A stretch of DNA of 64,000 nucleotides from an uncultured Candidatus Saccharibacteria bacterium (lineage in GTDB: Bacteria > Patescibacteriota > Saccharimonadia > Saccharimonadales > 2-12-FULL-41-12), in contig CAZFPJ010000001.1 in assembly GCA_964521095.1 (NCBI GenBank), positions 224,166 to 288,165 on the forward strand. Direction: 5' to 3'. The position numbers were made by a program, and so were the translations under genes. A model generated the notes under the pieces. It had not been told where the DNA came from. It did not search any database and saw only the letters and a list, made by a program, of their open reading frames with translations. Of this stretch, positions 9,163 through 18,109 are shown piece after piece; position 1 is the first letter of the stretch, and every line of letters begins with the position of its first letter.

Positions 9163-10206
9163 CTATATATGATAAGCATCGAGCAAGAAGATCATTAGTC
9201 CAATTACACCAAATACCTGCCCCATAACCCAGAACCTCATGGTGACCTTGGTCTCGGGCCAACCTGAAGCTTCGAAATGGTGATGTATCGGCGCGACTTT
9301 AAAAATCTTCTTTCCTCGAATTTTCTTAGATAATATCTGTAGTAGCGTAGAACCTGCTTCGGCCACAAACACTGCTCCAATAATTGGCAACAACAAAACT
9401 GTATCGGTAATCATGGCCACCACCCCCAGGGCCGTACCTAATGCAAAAGAGCCTACATCTCCCATAAAAAACCTAGCCGGATAAATATTGAACCATGTAT
9501 AGCTCAGTAACGCTCCAACCACCGTCATACAGAAGCCAGCCACACCTAGGCGCCCCTCCAAAAAAGCGATGATCGCATAAATAGCAAATGCCATAGCAAC
9601 CAAGCCACCTGCAAGCCCATCAAGGCCGTCGGTTATATTGACGGCATTTGCAGTACTGACTATTACCAGAACAAACAAAGGTATAATCAGCCAACCAATA
9701 AAGATACTGCCAAAACCAGGCACATTAATGCTATCTACATCTAACTTAAAGTAAAAGAACAATCCGCCAATCAGAGCTATCGCAGTCACCAGCAAAAACT
9801 TCATCTTGGAATTTAGCCCAGCTATGCCCAACCCATTGCCTCGTAAATTAATGATGTCATCTATCAGCCCAACTAGTGCAGCGCCAACAAAAGCGGCCAG
9901 AGGTAACCATGTTTGCTCTCTAGACAGATTAAAAAGAAGTGTCACTAATGTTACAGACACCAAAAATATTAACCCAGCCATGGTTGGAATATGGCGTTTG
10001 TGTTTTTCTTCGTGCAATTTAGCAAATATCTTGGCCTTTTCGCCTGTTACTGCGTCAGTCCGGGGTCGCTTCCACCACTCGTATTGATATGCCAAAGTTG
10101 TATAAAGAGGCGTTATAATCATGCTCATAGCAAAGCCTAAGAAAGCTAAAAATAGTATCTCTACTAGCTGGCTGTTCTCGATACTTATCAAAAATGAGTT
10201 TGTCAT
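9163..10206 (-). CDS. mraY: Phospho-N-acetylmuramoyl-pentapeptide transferase
   Basis: 347 aa. Motifs: PTMAGL, NAVNITDGLDGLA, MGDVGSFALG, APIHHHFE. Confidence 0.92.
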   Translation of the reverse strand: MTNSFLISIENSQLVEILFLAFLGFAMSMIITPLYTTLAYQYEWWKRPRTDAVTGEKAKIFAKLHEEKHKRHIPTMAGLIFLVSVTLVTLLFNLSREQTWLPLAAFVGAALVGLIDDIINLRGNGLGIAGLNSKMKFLLVTAIALIGGLFFYFKLDVDSINVPGFGSIFIGWLIIPLFVLVIVSTANAVNITDGLDGLAGGLVAMAFAIYAIIAFLEGRLGVAGFCMTVVGALLSYTWFNIYPARFFMGDVGSFALGTALGVVAMITDTVLLLPIIGAVFVAEAGSTLLQILSKKIRGKKIFKVAPIHHHFEASGWPETKVTMRFWVMGQVFGVIGLMIFLLDAYHI

Positions 10207-10279
10207 AGTTTTGTTTTATCCTTGGTTAGGTCTGCTACTTATTATACCGCTTATCGACCTTGTTACCTATACTCTATAG

Positions 10280-11995
10280 CTACGGGCTCATGGAGTAATT
10301 ATTGATCAACATATCGGCAACCTTGCCAAACATAGGTGCTGCCGCTTTTGTGCCAGCATATCCAGGAACATGGGGCTCTATCATGCTCACCATAATCACA
10401 TACCGTGGCTTGTCTGCTCCGACATAACCGACAAAAGTTCCGTTATAACGATCGTCATAATACCCACCGCCACTCTTGGATATTTCTGCAGTCCCAGTTT
10501 TGCCACCAATTCTATATCCTGGGCGCTTCAAAAAAGTATAGTTTTTGGCAACAGAATTTTCGTGCATCAATCTCATTTCTTCAGAGACCTGTGGCTTTAC
10601 TACATCAGATCTAACAACTGCAGGCTTACCCTTGTCTGGCTCGACCAAATGAGGCTTATAATACACACCTCCATTAACCGTAGAAGAGAATGCCCCCGCA
10701 AACTGCAGAGGAGTAATATTAATGCCCTGCCCAAAGGTTGTATTGGCGTATTGGATGTTCAAGCCCCAACCGTCATTTGGACTAGGGACATAACCCTCGG
10801 ACTCATATCCCTGCTCTATCCCCGTCTTCTTGCCAAATTGATAATGATTGGTTAAGTAGTCATACCATTTATTTCGTGCTTGTTCATTAATCTTTCCGCC
10901 CCCTAGTTGCATTAGCACCCATGTAGCACCTGTATTAAGCGAATACCTCAAAATATCCGAGGTCGAACGAGTTGCCGCACCACCATCTTCCTCCACATTT
11001 CTGATCGTTGCCTCGTCTACCTTCCAGTAACCTGGGTCAGGATAGGTAGTGTTGGCGTTAATAACCCCTTCGTTCATACCAGATGCCACCGTCAATGTCT
11101 TCATGACAGAACCAAGCTCAAAAGGTGCTCCAACAGAAGCATTGGCAAATAAACTAGTGTCGCTGACTTTATAAAACTCTGCCGGGTTGTAGGTAGGATA
11201 ATTAGCCATAGCTTTAACTGCACCAGTAGATGTGTCTAGAACAATCACACTGCCCTGTTTTGCCTTGACCGAAGGCACATGCTCTTTTAGCATATCTTCA
11301 ACCTTGCGTTGCATCCCAAGATCAATAGTCAAAGATACTTGCTTCCCTTGCACGGGTTCCTGCCTAACATTATCGCCATTAGCCGCCAAAGGCACTCCAC
11401 GAACATCCGTAATGGCCTTTAGTGCACCGTTTTTACCTCTTAGCTCTTTGTCTAGATACTGTTCTATACCATAAGAACCCTTGCCTTCGTCATTAACAAA
11501 CCCAAGCAACTGAGACGCTAAAGACCCTTGGGGATATGTACGGATAGACTCAACCCTAACCCCAACTCCCTTTAGCTCCAACTTCGTTATTTGGTCATTC
11601 TGAGACTTATTAAGCCTCTTGGCTAAGACTGCATAGCGAGTCGATTGCTTCATCTTTTTCTTGTAATCCGAGGCATCACCTTTAGTGACTTTCGCTAGAT
11701 CCTCAGCTGTTTTGTCTGCATCCTTTATGTATTTAGGGTCTGCAAACAAGGTATAAGTATCTTCATTCAGCACAATTGGCACCACCGCACTGCCGTCGTG
11801 CGCCGTGATAATGCCTCTCTCGGCAGGGATCTCGTACTCTTTATACTGCCCACTCATAGCCGCCTGAGCATAATATTTGTGCTGGATAACCTGTATGTAA
11901 AAAAGTCGCAGTATAAAAATTGCAAAGATAAATATAACTACACCAAAAAATAGGTCTAATCTAACCGCACTATGTTTGAGTGATGATCGTTGCAT
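10280..11995 (-). CDS. ftsI: Class B penicillin-binding protein / division transpeptidase FtsI
   Basis: 571 aa with an N-terminal TM segment and a PBP dimerisation domain. Transpeptidase motifs: SVMK (SxxK), SLN (SxN), KTGT. Confidence 0.85.
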   Translation of the reverse strand: MQRSSLKHSAVRLDLFFGVVIFIFAIFILRLFYIQVIQHKYYAQAAMSGQYKEYEIPAERGIITAHDGSAVVPIVLNEDTYTLFADPKYIKDADKTAEDLAKVTKGDASDYKKKMKQSTRYAVLAKRLNKSQNDQITKLELKGVGVRVESIRTYPQGSLASQLLGFVNDEGKGSYGIEQYLDKELRGKNGALKAITDVRGVPLAANGDNVRQEPVQGKQVSLTIDLGMQRKVEDMLKEHVPSVKAKQGSVIVLDTSTGAVKAMANYPTYNPAEFYKVSDTSLFANASVGAPFELGSVMKTLTVASGMNEGVINANTTYPDPGYWKVDEATIRNVEEDGGAATRSTSDILRYSLNTGATWVLMQLGGGKINEQARNKWYDYLTNHYQFGKKTGIEQGYESEGYVPSPNDGWGLNIQYANTTFGQGINITPLQFAGAFSSTVNGGVYYKPHLVEPDKGKPAVVRSDVVKPQVSEEMRLMHENSVAKNYTFLKRPGYRIGGKTGTAEISKSGGGYYDDRYNGTFVGYVGADKPRYVIMVSMIEPHVPGYAGTKAAAPMFGKVADMLINNYSMSP

Positions 11996-12045
11996 ATATA
12001 AAAATTAAGGCAGGTCCGCTCTTTTACCCCTGTTGTGTCCTAAGA

Positions 12046-12390
12046 CTACCTTACGGTTGCTGTAGGAGCCACCGACACTAAGTCTTTAGCAGGTGCACTG
12101 TTCGCCACACGGTCCAATGACTGCAACCTTGCTGCACTCAATTGTAACTCGTCATGCTCTTTTTGGAGCTGAGAATACTGTTTCTCATAAGCATCTACCT
12201 TGTAACCGCTAGCATTGGTTTTGGTAACCTGAGTTAAATACAAGAGCCCGAGCAAACAGCTCAAAACTACTAATATAACTGTGTTGCTAACTGGTCCAAG
12301 AGCTCTTGTTTGGTCGCCAAAATTGACAACATTTTGATGACGAGTGGCAAATTTTCTGCGCCCCATCGATAATGAACTTGAATATGTCAT
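12046..12390 (-). CDS. ftsL: FtsL-like small bitopic division protein
   Basis: 114 aa with one TM segment followed by a coiled-coil-like stretch (YEKQYSQLQKEHDELQLSAARLQS). It lies between rsmH and ftsI. Confidence 0.5.
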   Translation of the reverse strand: MTYSSSLSMGRRKFATRHQNVVNFGDQTRALGPVSNTVILVVLSCLLGLLYLTQVTKTNASGYKVDAYEKQYSQLQKEHDELQLSAARLQSLDRVANSAPAKDLVSVAPTATVR

Positions 12391-12430
12391 ATTTCTTTTT
12401 GTTTTGTTTAGTTTAATATTTGTTTTTGGT

Positions 12431-12461
12431 GCTCTCTCTCGCTTTTTTTACGAGAGAGAGC
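12431..12461. other. Perfect 11-bp stem / 9-nt loop hairpin in the rsmH-ftsL spacer
   Basis: GCTCTCTCTCG-cttttttta-CGAGAGAGAGC. No U-tract follows it on either strand. Confidence 0.6.
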
Positions 12462-12560
12462 TTGAGCTTTACGCTCGCGCTTGGCCTATATAACCTTTAC
12501 GCGGATTTTGTAAGCTCGGGAAGTGCTTCTTACCTGTATAGGCATGGGGCATCCCCTTTT

Positions 12561-13445
12561 CTATATTTTTATTTTCGCTACGGCCCGAAGTTTTGCACTC
12601 CTTGCTCGTGGATTAAAAACTATTTCTTTTTTGCTACCCGATATAGGTGACTTGGTTATTATACGAACTGATGCATCGTACCGTTCCCCGCCTGCTTCGG
12701 CAAACGCCAACTTAACCAGTCGATCCTCGAGGCTATGAAACGAAATAACAGCTAATCTGCCTTCGTTACTGAGTAACTGCATCCAAATCGGTAGAGCTTG
12801 TTCTAACAATACAAGTTCTTGATTTACAGCTATCCTTAGTGCCTGAAACACCTTAGTAGCTGGATGTGTCTTTTGCCAGCCCCTAGAGGTTCGAGCAACA
12901 ATCGTTGCTAGCTGAGTAGTCGTTTGGTACGGACGATGCTCGATAATCAACTTAGCAACACGCGAAGCCCCTCGGACTTCACCGTATTTATGCAGAATGT
13001 TTGTTAACTCAGCTTCGCTAGCGGTGTTAACCAAATCTGCAGCAGTAGTTGACTGCCGTTCGTCCATGCGCATATCCAAAGGACCTTCCTTTGAGAACGA
13101 AAACCCACGCATAGCATTGTCAAGGTGCGGTGATGATACACCAAGATCTGCCAAAATAAGATCGAACTTTTTACCACTATCAAGTAATTTCTTGCTCGCA
13201 GACAAGAAATCGTCGTGCATAACTGCAACCGATGAACTCTGTTCAAAGTTCTCTTCGAGGTAAGACACTGCATTTTGATCGCGATCGACCAAAACAAGTG
13301 AACCTTGTGGACCTATCTTTTTGGCAACTTCTTGCGCATGACCACCGTAACCGGCAGTTAAGTCCAAATATGTCTGCCCCTCTTTAGGCGACAGTACACT
13401 TATTACCTCATCGAGTAATACTGGTATATGTTTGTTTTGACTCAT
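12561..13445 (-). CDS. rsmH: 16S rRNA (cytosine1402-N4)-methyltransferase
   Basis: HIPVLLDEV, GGHA, DLGVSSPHLD, SFHSLEDR, and an NPRARSAKLR C-terminus. Confidence 0.92.
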   Translation of the reverse strand: MSQNKHIPVLLDEVISVLSPKEGQTYLDLTAGYGGHAQEVAKKIGPQGSLVLVDRDQNAVSYLEENFEQSSSVAVMHDDFLSASKKLLDSGKKFDLILADLGVSSPHLDNAMRGFSFSKEGPLDMRMDERQSTTAADLVNTASEAELTNILHKYGEVRGASRVAKLIIEHRPYQTTTQLATIVARTSRGWQKTHPATKVFQALRIAVNQELVLLEQALPIWMQLLSNEGRLAVISFHSLEDRLVKLAFAEAGGERYDASVRIITKSPISGSKKEIVFNPRARSAKLRAVAKIKI

Positions 13446-13799
13446 TTTTGTTTTTCTTGGGGTATATGCCCGTAGAACGCATTTGCTCTACAAGATCACC
13501 TATTCAGCAGCCAGTTGTTTATTTTTTGAAGTTTTTGTTTTTGTAGTTTGAGAAGTTTTAGTTTTTCTATCAACTTAATTTAGTTGATGGATAGAACTTC
13601 TCTGTAAGTTTTTAGAGACTTATGTGTGAGGTGGAGTTTTGGGAGGTGTTTTAATAGAAAGTACGAGGGTTTTTATAAAGTGGTTATCCCTTTGATTCCA
13701 CTTACTGACTGCCAAATAGCTAATCTCGGCTTTGCTACGATGACATATGCTTTTTTTGTTTTATCTAACCCAAATTTTTAATGTACTACAACGCCGAAA

Positions 13800-14168
13800 C
13801 TATTTAGTCTCGGGTGCCATAAGCCGCCAATATCGCCCAACCCCAACAGCAACAATATCTTTATCTATCCCAGCATAATCAAGTTGATGCTGTTCAAGGG
13901 TGATACGACCCTGCTTCTCGTCTATGCTAGTTTCGACTTTTCCCATACGAAACTGGACATTCAAATCAGCAATCCGCTCATCCAAGATATCGCCATCTAG
14001 GCGAGGCTCTACCAACTGATCCCATACCTCTTTCGGGTACAAGTGCAGATAGGCGTCAAACCCTCTTGTAACAACCGCCCCGTTCGCAAAGGCATGTCGA
14101 AGTTCGGCAGGTATAGTCAGCCTGCGCTTCGAGTCCAGCTTGCGTTCAAAGTAGTCGATGTTTGACAT
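13800..14168 (-). CDS. mraZ: Transcriptional regulator MraZ (short, 122 aa)
   Basis: Two SpoVT/AbrB-like halves carry the DxxxR signatures LDSKRRLTIP and IDEKQGRITL. It is the first gene of the dcw cluster. Confidence 0.85.
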   Translation of the reverse strand: MSNIDYFERKLDSKRRLTIPAELRHAFANGAVVTRGFDAYLHLYPKEVWDQLVEPRLDGDILDERIADLNVQFRMGKVETSIDEKQGRITLEQHQLDYAGIDKDIVAVGVGRYWRLMAPETK

Positions 14169-14231
14169 TGGTAGCCTTCTATTAATTTGCTAGTGGTTTT
14201 TGTTTTTTTGGTAGGAAAACTGTTTTGGTTT

Positions 14232-14330
14232 TACCTACGATTACCCACTAACACTAGCTTACTACCCACAACTCCCCACAAGCAAGTCTTTTCTACCCAC
14301 TTTACAGGTAAAATACCCCAAGTTATCCAC
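14232..14330 (-). promoter_or_regulatory. Array of about 7 phased GTGGG(T)A repeats (putative MraZ operator)
   Basis: Plus-strand TACCCAC-like 7-mers start at 14232, 14242, 14263, 14273, 14294, 14314 and 14324. Spacings are 10, 21, 10, 21, 20 and 10 nt. The array lies 64-162 nt upstream of the mraZ start. Confidence 0.5.
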
Positions 14331-14427
14331 AGATACAGGCTCAAACACAATATCTAGCGTTAGCTGGGTATAGCACAACACTAGGCTATCTATCGCCCTC
14401 TAGGTTGGAATGAGAGACATCCTTATA

Positions 14428-14456
14428 TTGATAATTGATTAATTTAATGTTATAAT
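14428..14456 (+). promoter_or_regulatory. Sigma-70-type promoter TTGATA-17-TATAAT
   Basis: The -10 box ends 8 nt before the ATG at 14465. That implies a leaderless or nearly leaderless mRNA. Confidence 0.45.
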
Positions 14457-14464
14457 AAAGAGAT

Positions 14465-15610
14465 ATGTCAGAGTTCATTGTTGAAAGACTTGCCTACCCC
14501 AAGCTCAAACCAGAAGAGACATCCCTTCGTGTGCCTGAGGTAGAGGAAGGTTTATACAAAGAAAATCTAGAGATTATCAACCGTTCATTTCGAATCATAG
14601 AAGATCCGTCTACCGGCAAGCGATTCGAGATTGCTACGGCCGGAGCACCTCATGACCGTACCCAGACTGTTGACTGCGAAAGCTCTACTTATAGATCTAG
14701 CCTATCCAACAATGTTGGCAATGCTGTTGAGTTTGCCGAAAACGCTAGTCTGCACCCAGAACGAACCCGGCTGTACATAAGCTCTCTTGGCAATGGTGGC
14801 TCATCATATTTTGATAAAAATGAGCGCAGACACCTCCGCGAGACAGGCCGGTTCACTCATGAAAAACCTAACGGCCAGCCAGAAGCATTGCCCACCATCC
14901 AAGCCTTAGCAGGCGCCTTAAAGGCCAACGACCTAAAAATTGGGCGCATATCTGCAAACTCTGCTGGAGGGCCACTGGCCACTGCCCTATCACTTGAACT
15001 TCCTGAGGATCAACTAACCCATATCCATCTCAAGGGCCAACCAAACATCTCCGAGCGAGGCTTGATCCGTGACATGTTTTTCGGCATGTTTATAGTAGAA
15101 AACATGATCAACAACCCTAAAAATGAAAAAGCCAGCCAAGACCCCTGGAAGATGTCTTACCAGCTAAAAGAAGAAGCCGAGACACTCCTTGGGAACATAC
15201 ACAATGTAGATGAAAAAGAAATCGCTCTGACAGGACTAAGCTACCTAACAAAATTATATACAGATACGAAGGCATATTCGCGAGGAGCAGCTAGCATGAA
15301 AGACATCATGGTAGACAGAGGTAGTCCAATCGGACCAGCTGTTTTCGACACACGCAACATGCTTGCCAGACACCCAAAACTCAAAACCACCTTTCATTTC
15401 ACAAAACAAGACAAGCTGTACCGGTCTTTTAAAAATGACGAGTTTCATCAATTTGGCGACATAGAGAGGTTCCTAAGGCACCTTCGCTGGAGTCTTCATG
15501 ACAAATTCGCTCAAGACACCGAGGCAATCTTGCACGACGGAACACACGCTGACCACACCCACTACCCATCTCGTCGTTGGGCCGTAGAAAACTACGCCTT
15601 CAAGCGTTAA
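14465..15610 (+). CDS. Hypothetical protein (possible alpha/beta-hydrolase-like; ANSAGG nucleophile-elbow-like motif)
   Basis: 381-aa ORF with its own consensus promoter. The only weak motif is ISANSAGGPLA. Confidence 0.55.
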   Translation: MSEFIVERLAYPKLKPEETSLRVPEVEEGLYKENLEIINRSFRIIEDPSTGKRFEIATAGAPHDRTQTVDCESSTYRSSLSNNVGNAVEFAENASLHPERTRLYISSLGNGGSSYFDKNERRHLRETGRFTHEKPNGQPEALPTIQALAGALKANDLKIGRISANSAGGPLATALSLELPEDQLTHIHLKGQPNISERGLIRDMFFGMFIVENMINNPKNEKASQDPWKMSYQLKEEAETLLGNIHNVDEKEIALTGLSYLTKLYTDTKAYSRGAASMKDIMVDRGSPIGPAVFDTRNMLARHPKLKTTFHFTKQDKLYRSFKNDEFHQFGDIERFLRHLRWSLHDKFAQDTEAILHDGTHADHTHYPSRRWAVENYAFKR

Positions 15611-16317
15611 ATCGTCGCTTTGACTAAAATAGGCATATGGTCCGATATGCCTCTAGGTAAAGTTTTTACCAGATTAAGTTCGGCATTAAAAGTCGTTACA
15701 AAGTCAAAATGCCCCTTGAACAACAGGTTTCTGTAGGTTGGGCTGTCGGCAAGGTGCATCTCATAACCATAGCTCTCTATGAAATACTTCAGCCTTTTTT
15801 TGAATAGCGGATAGTTATAATCGCCCACCATAATTGTTGGCGTATCGCTACTGCTCCTGTTTAGCTTTTTATACGCATTGGCTATTTGTTCTCTGCGCAT
15901 ACTATTTGGTGTCACCAAATGCGTGGCATGGAACGAAGCAATATTGATATTTTTACCAGTCATATGGTCATGAAATTCAGAGAACAATAACCTCTCTCGG
16001 TCTTGAGCAAGGATCTTTTTGTAAATAATCTTCTCGTACAAAGTTTCTTCTAGCAGACAGCTCTCGCTATAAAGCTGAGAAAATCTGCCCTCTCTAGCGT
16101 AGATGGCGAGCCCTAGGTGTCCAGACTTGGTTGTGCCCTGCAAGGACAGCTCACCAATACGGCTTGGCATTCGCGCAGAATAACACTCTTGTATGCAAAT
16201 TATATCTGTATTATGATCACCCACTAGCTCGTCTAGCTCACCAAGAGCTTTATTGAACTTGAGGTTATAGCTCAAAATGTTTATCTGGTTTAGGTTTTTT
16301 GACTTATATGATTGCAT
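15607..16317 (-). CDS. Endonuclease/exonuclease/phosphatase (EEP) family protein
   Basis: ILSYNLKF, DIICIQE, and the GISDHMPILV C-terminal signature. Confidence 0.75.
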   Translation of the reverse strand: MQSYKSKNLNQINILSYNLKFNKALGELDELVGDHNTDIICIQECYSARMPSRIGELSLQGTTKSGHLGLAIYAREGRFSQLYSESCLLEETLYEKIIYKKILAQDRERLLFSEFHDHMTGKNINIASFHATHLVTPNSMRREQIANAYKKLNRSSSDTPTIMVGDYNYPLFKKRLKYFIESYGYEMHLADSPTYRNLLFKGHFDFVTTFNAELNLVKTLPRGISDHMPILVKATI

Positions 16318-16356
16318 CTTTATTTCGCTAATGTCTATTCATACACTAAAGCGCGT

Positions 16357-17622
16357 TTAGTGTTTAGAGTCAAGCCAAGTAGCTAGCCATTTGGCACTAG
16401 GTCTGATCTTTCGTTCCATGTTTTTATTGCGCTTAACTTCTACCAGACCAAACTTTGGCCACCAGCCGTAAGCCCACTCAAAATTATCAAGCAAACTCCA
16501 ATGCAGATAACCCCTAAGGTCAACCCCTTCACTTATTGCCTTTTCCATGGCAATTATTGACTCCTGCAACCACCATTGACGGTACTCATCGTCGCCATCG
16601 GCCAGTCCATTTTCGGTTACAAAAATTGGCTTTTTGTAATGCGCCCAAGTCCGTAGCAACAGCGGATACAGACCCTCAGGCTCCATGTACCAACCAAGGT
16701 CATTAAGCGGGACTTTGGGGTTTGCTCTCTTGCCTAGCCCTTTGTAATAATCGCTAAAATAATAGTTCACACCTATAAAATCTTGAGTCCGCCTAATACG
16801 ATTCAAGAACCACCAATTCCAAAAATATCGCATAAACCTTGTCGACATGGCATCCAGTAAATTACGCGGACGCTTTGCCTGTATATTGGCCAAGCTAGCT
16901 GCTGTTCCAACCTGCAAAGTCGGCTTAGCTTTCTTTAGTATTTTGTAAGCCTTTTTATGACACCTAACCATATTCCAATATGTAAACGACGCTTTAATGA
17001 TATTCTTTTTGTTTGGAGGCCACTCGCCAGTAATGTACCCAAAAGTAACAAAATTGTTAGGTTCATTCAGCACCAAAACATACTCGACATCGTCTATTAA
17101 TTCTTTGGCTATCTTTTTTACAAAAGCTTCAAAATACTTAACATTTTCTAGCTTTTCAAAACCACCCTTTTCGTCAAACCAAACAGGTACGGTCCAATGC
17201 CATACATTCAAAAAAGGTTCTATCTTTCTTTTGCGCAATTCGGCAATATACGACTTGTAGTACTCTATTTCTTTATTGTCCCATTTGCCTTCTTGAGGCT
17301 GTATGCGCGACCACTCTATCGTAAATCTAAACGAGTTCAAGTTAAGCTCTTTTAGTATGTCAAAGTCTTCCTTGTATCTGTTGTAGTGGTCAACCCCGTC
17401 TCCAGAGATATAGTTTTCTGGCTCTTCGGCCTGCGACTTTATATCATGCCATCTGGGTAGCCAACTCAATCTTTGGTGTGCAGTCTGAGCTAGGTCGCGA
17501 GCATTGGCTAGCTCAAAAACCGTCCACTGGTTATGATTACCGCCCTCAACCTGATGCGACGCCGTACTAGCCCCCCAAAAGAAATGCTTTGGAAACACAT
17601 CTGTATTTTCGTCTTGCTTCAT
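16357..17622 (-). CDS. Glycoside hydrolase family 1 beta-glucosidase
   Basis: FPKHFFWGASTASHQVEGG, LNEPN (acid/base Glu), FVTENG (nucleophile Glu). Confidence 0.9.
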   Translation of the reverse strand: MKQDENTDVFPKHFFWGASTASHQVEGGNHNQWTVFELANARDLAQTAHQRLSWLPRWHDIKSQAEEPENYISGDGVDHYNRYKEDFDILKELNLNSFRFTIEWSRIQPQEGKWDNKEIEYYKSYIAELRKRKIEPFLNVWHWTVPVWFDEKGGFEKLENVKYFEAFVKKIAKELIDDVEYVLVLNEPNNFVTFGYITGEWPPNKKNIIKASFTYWNMVRCHKKAYKILKKAKPTLQVGTAASLANIQAKRPRNLLDAMSTRFMRYFWNWWFLNRIRRTQDFIGVNYYFSDYYKGLGKRANPKVPLNDLGWYMEPEGLYPLLLRTWAHYKKPIFVTENGLADGDDEYRQWWLQESIIAMEKAISEGVDLRGYLHWSLLDNFEWAYGWWPKFGLVEVKRNKNMERKIRPSAKWLATWLDSKH

Positions 17623-17639
17623 CTGCCTACTATTATAAC

Positions 17640-18092
17640 CTACTCTGACAATCCAATGGCTTGCCTAGGGTCACCCGAAAAATTTACTTCGTCAAACAGC
17701 ACCATAGCTTTTGGAGTCACTTTGTATAGACGATGCTGGGCAGTTCCTGCTTTATAATTTTTTACAAAATCTTTACCAACACCGTACTTGGCAACATATT
17801 TAGATGCCACAGATTCAATCTCATCAATATCGGTTATCATCTCGGCTACACCTTCTACCTGCAAACCTATAATCGGCCAATCATGTTTTACCACTATCGC
17901 AACTGCAACTTTATTATGATTTTTTATTTCTTTGCTATGTCTTCGTTCTGGAGTGCTCATCCAATACAGGTTTTTCCGTTCGTCGCAGACAAAATACACT
18001 GTACATATCCAAGGCTTATCACCATCGACAGTAGCAACCTGCATGAGCCGAGAGTCTTCTAGATATTCTGCTACTAGTTTTTCTTTGTTCAT
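17640..18092 (-). CDS. Pyridoxamine 5-prime-phosphate oxidase-like FMN-binding split-barrel protein
   Basis: 150 aa. The pattern LMQVATVDGDKPWICTVYFV...LYWMSTPERRHSKEI is typical of the PNPOx/general stress protein 26 family. Confidence 0.7.
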   Translation of the reverse strand: MNKEKLVAEYLEDSRLMQVATVDGDKPWICTVYFVCDERKNLYWMSTPERRHSKEIKNHNKVAVAIVVKHDWPIIGLQVEGVAEMITDIDEIESVASKYVAKYGVGKDFVKNYKAGTAQHRLYKVTPKAMVLFDEVNFSGDPRQAIGLSE

Positions 18093-18109
18093 AACATTAT
18101 TGTACCAAG

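Noticed and set aside
10370-10855. A 161-aa ORF antisense to ftsI. Similar long antisense ORFs occur at 2497-2949, 36337-36699, 38245-38703, 45176-45601, 52983-53354 and 56652-56978.
   Set aside because: Each lies entirely inside a gene with strong family motifs on the opposite strand and has low-complexity, Ser/Cys/Leu-rich composition. These are typical shadow ORFs.
14323-14331. A perfect DnaA box TTATCCACA, and the inverted DnaA-box-like pair at 5679-5697, as a possible oriC.
   Set aside because: A single 9-mer is expected by chance about 0.5 times in 64 kb. Here it is one unit of the phased MraZ-type repeat array. The 5.3-5.9 kb gap is a convergence point for gene orientation, not a divergence point, with no dnaA/dnaN nearby. 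A terminus is more consistent than an origin.
15607-15610. A 4-nt overlap (TTAA) between the stop codons of convergent genes.
   Set aside because: This is a consequence of compact packing. There is no hairpin or other signal, so it is not evidence of a regulatory element.
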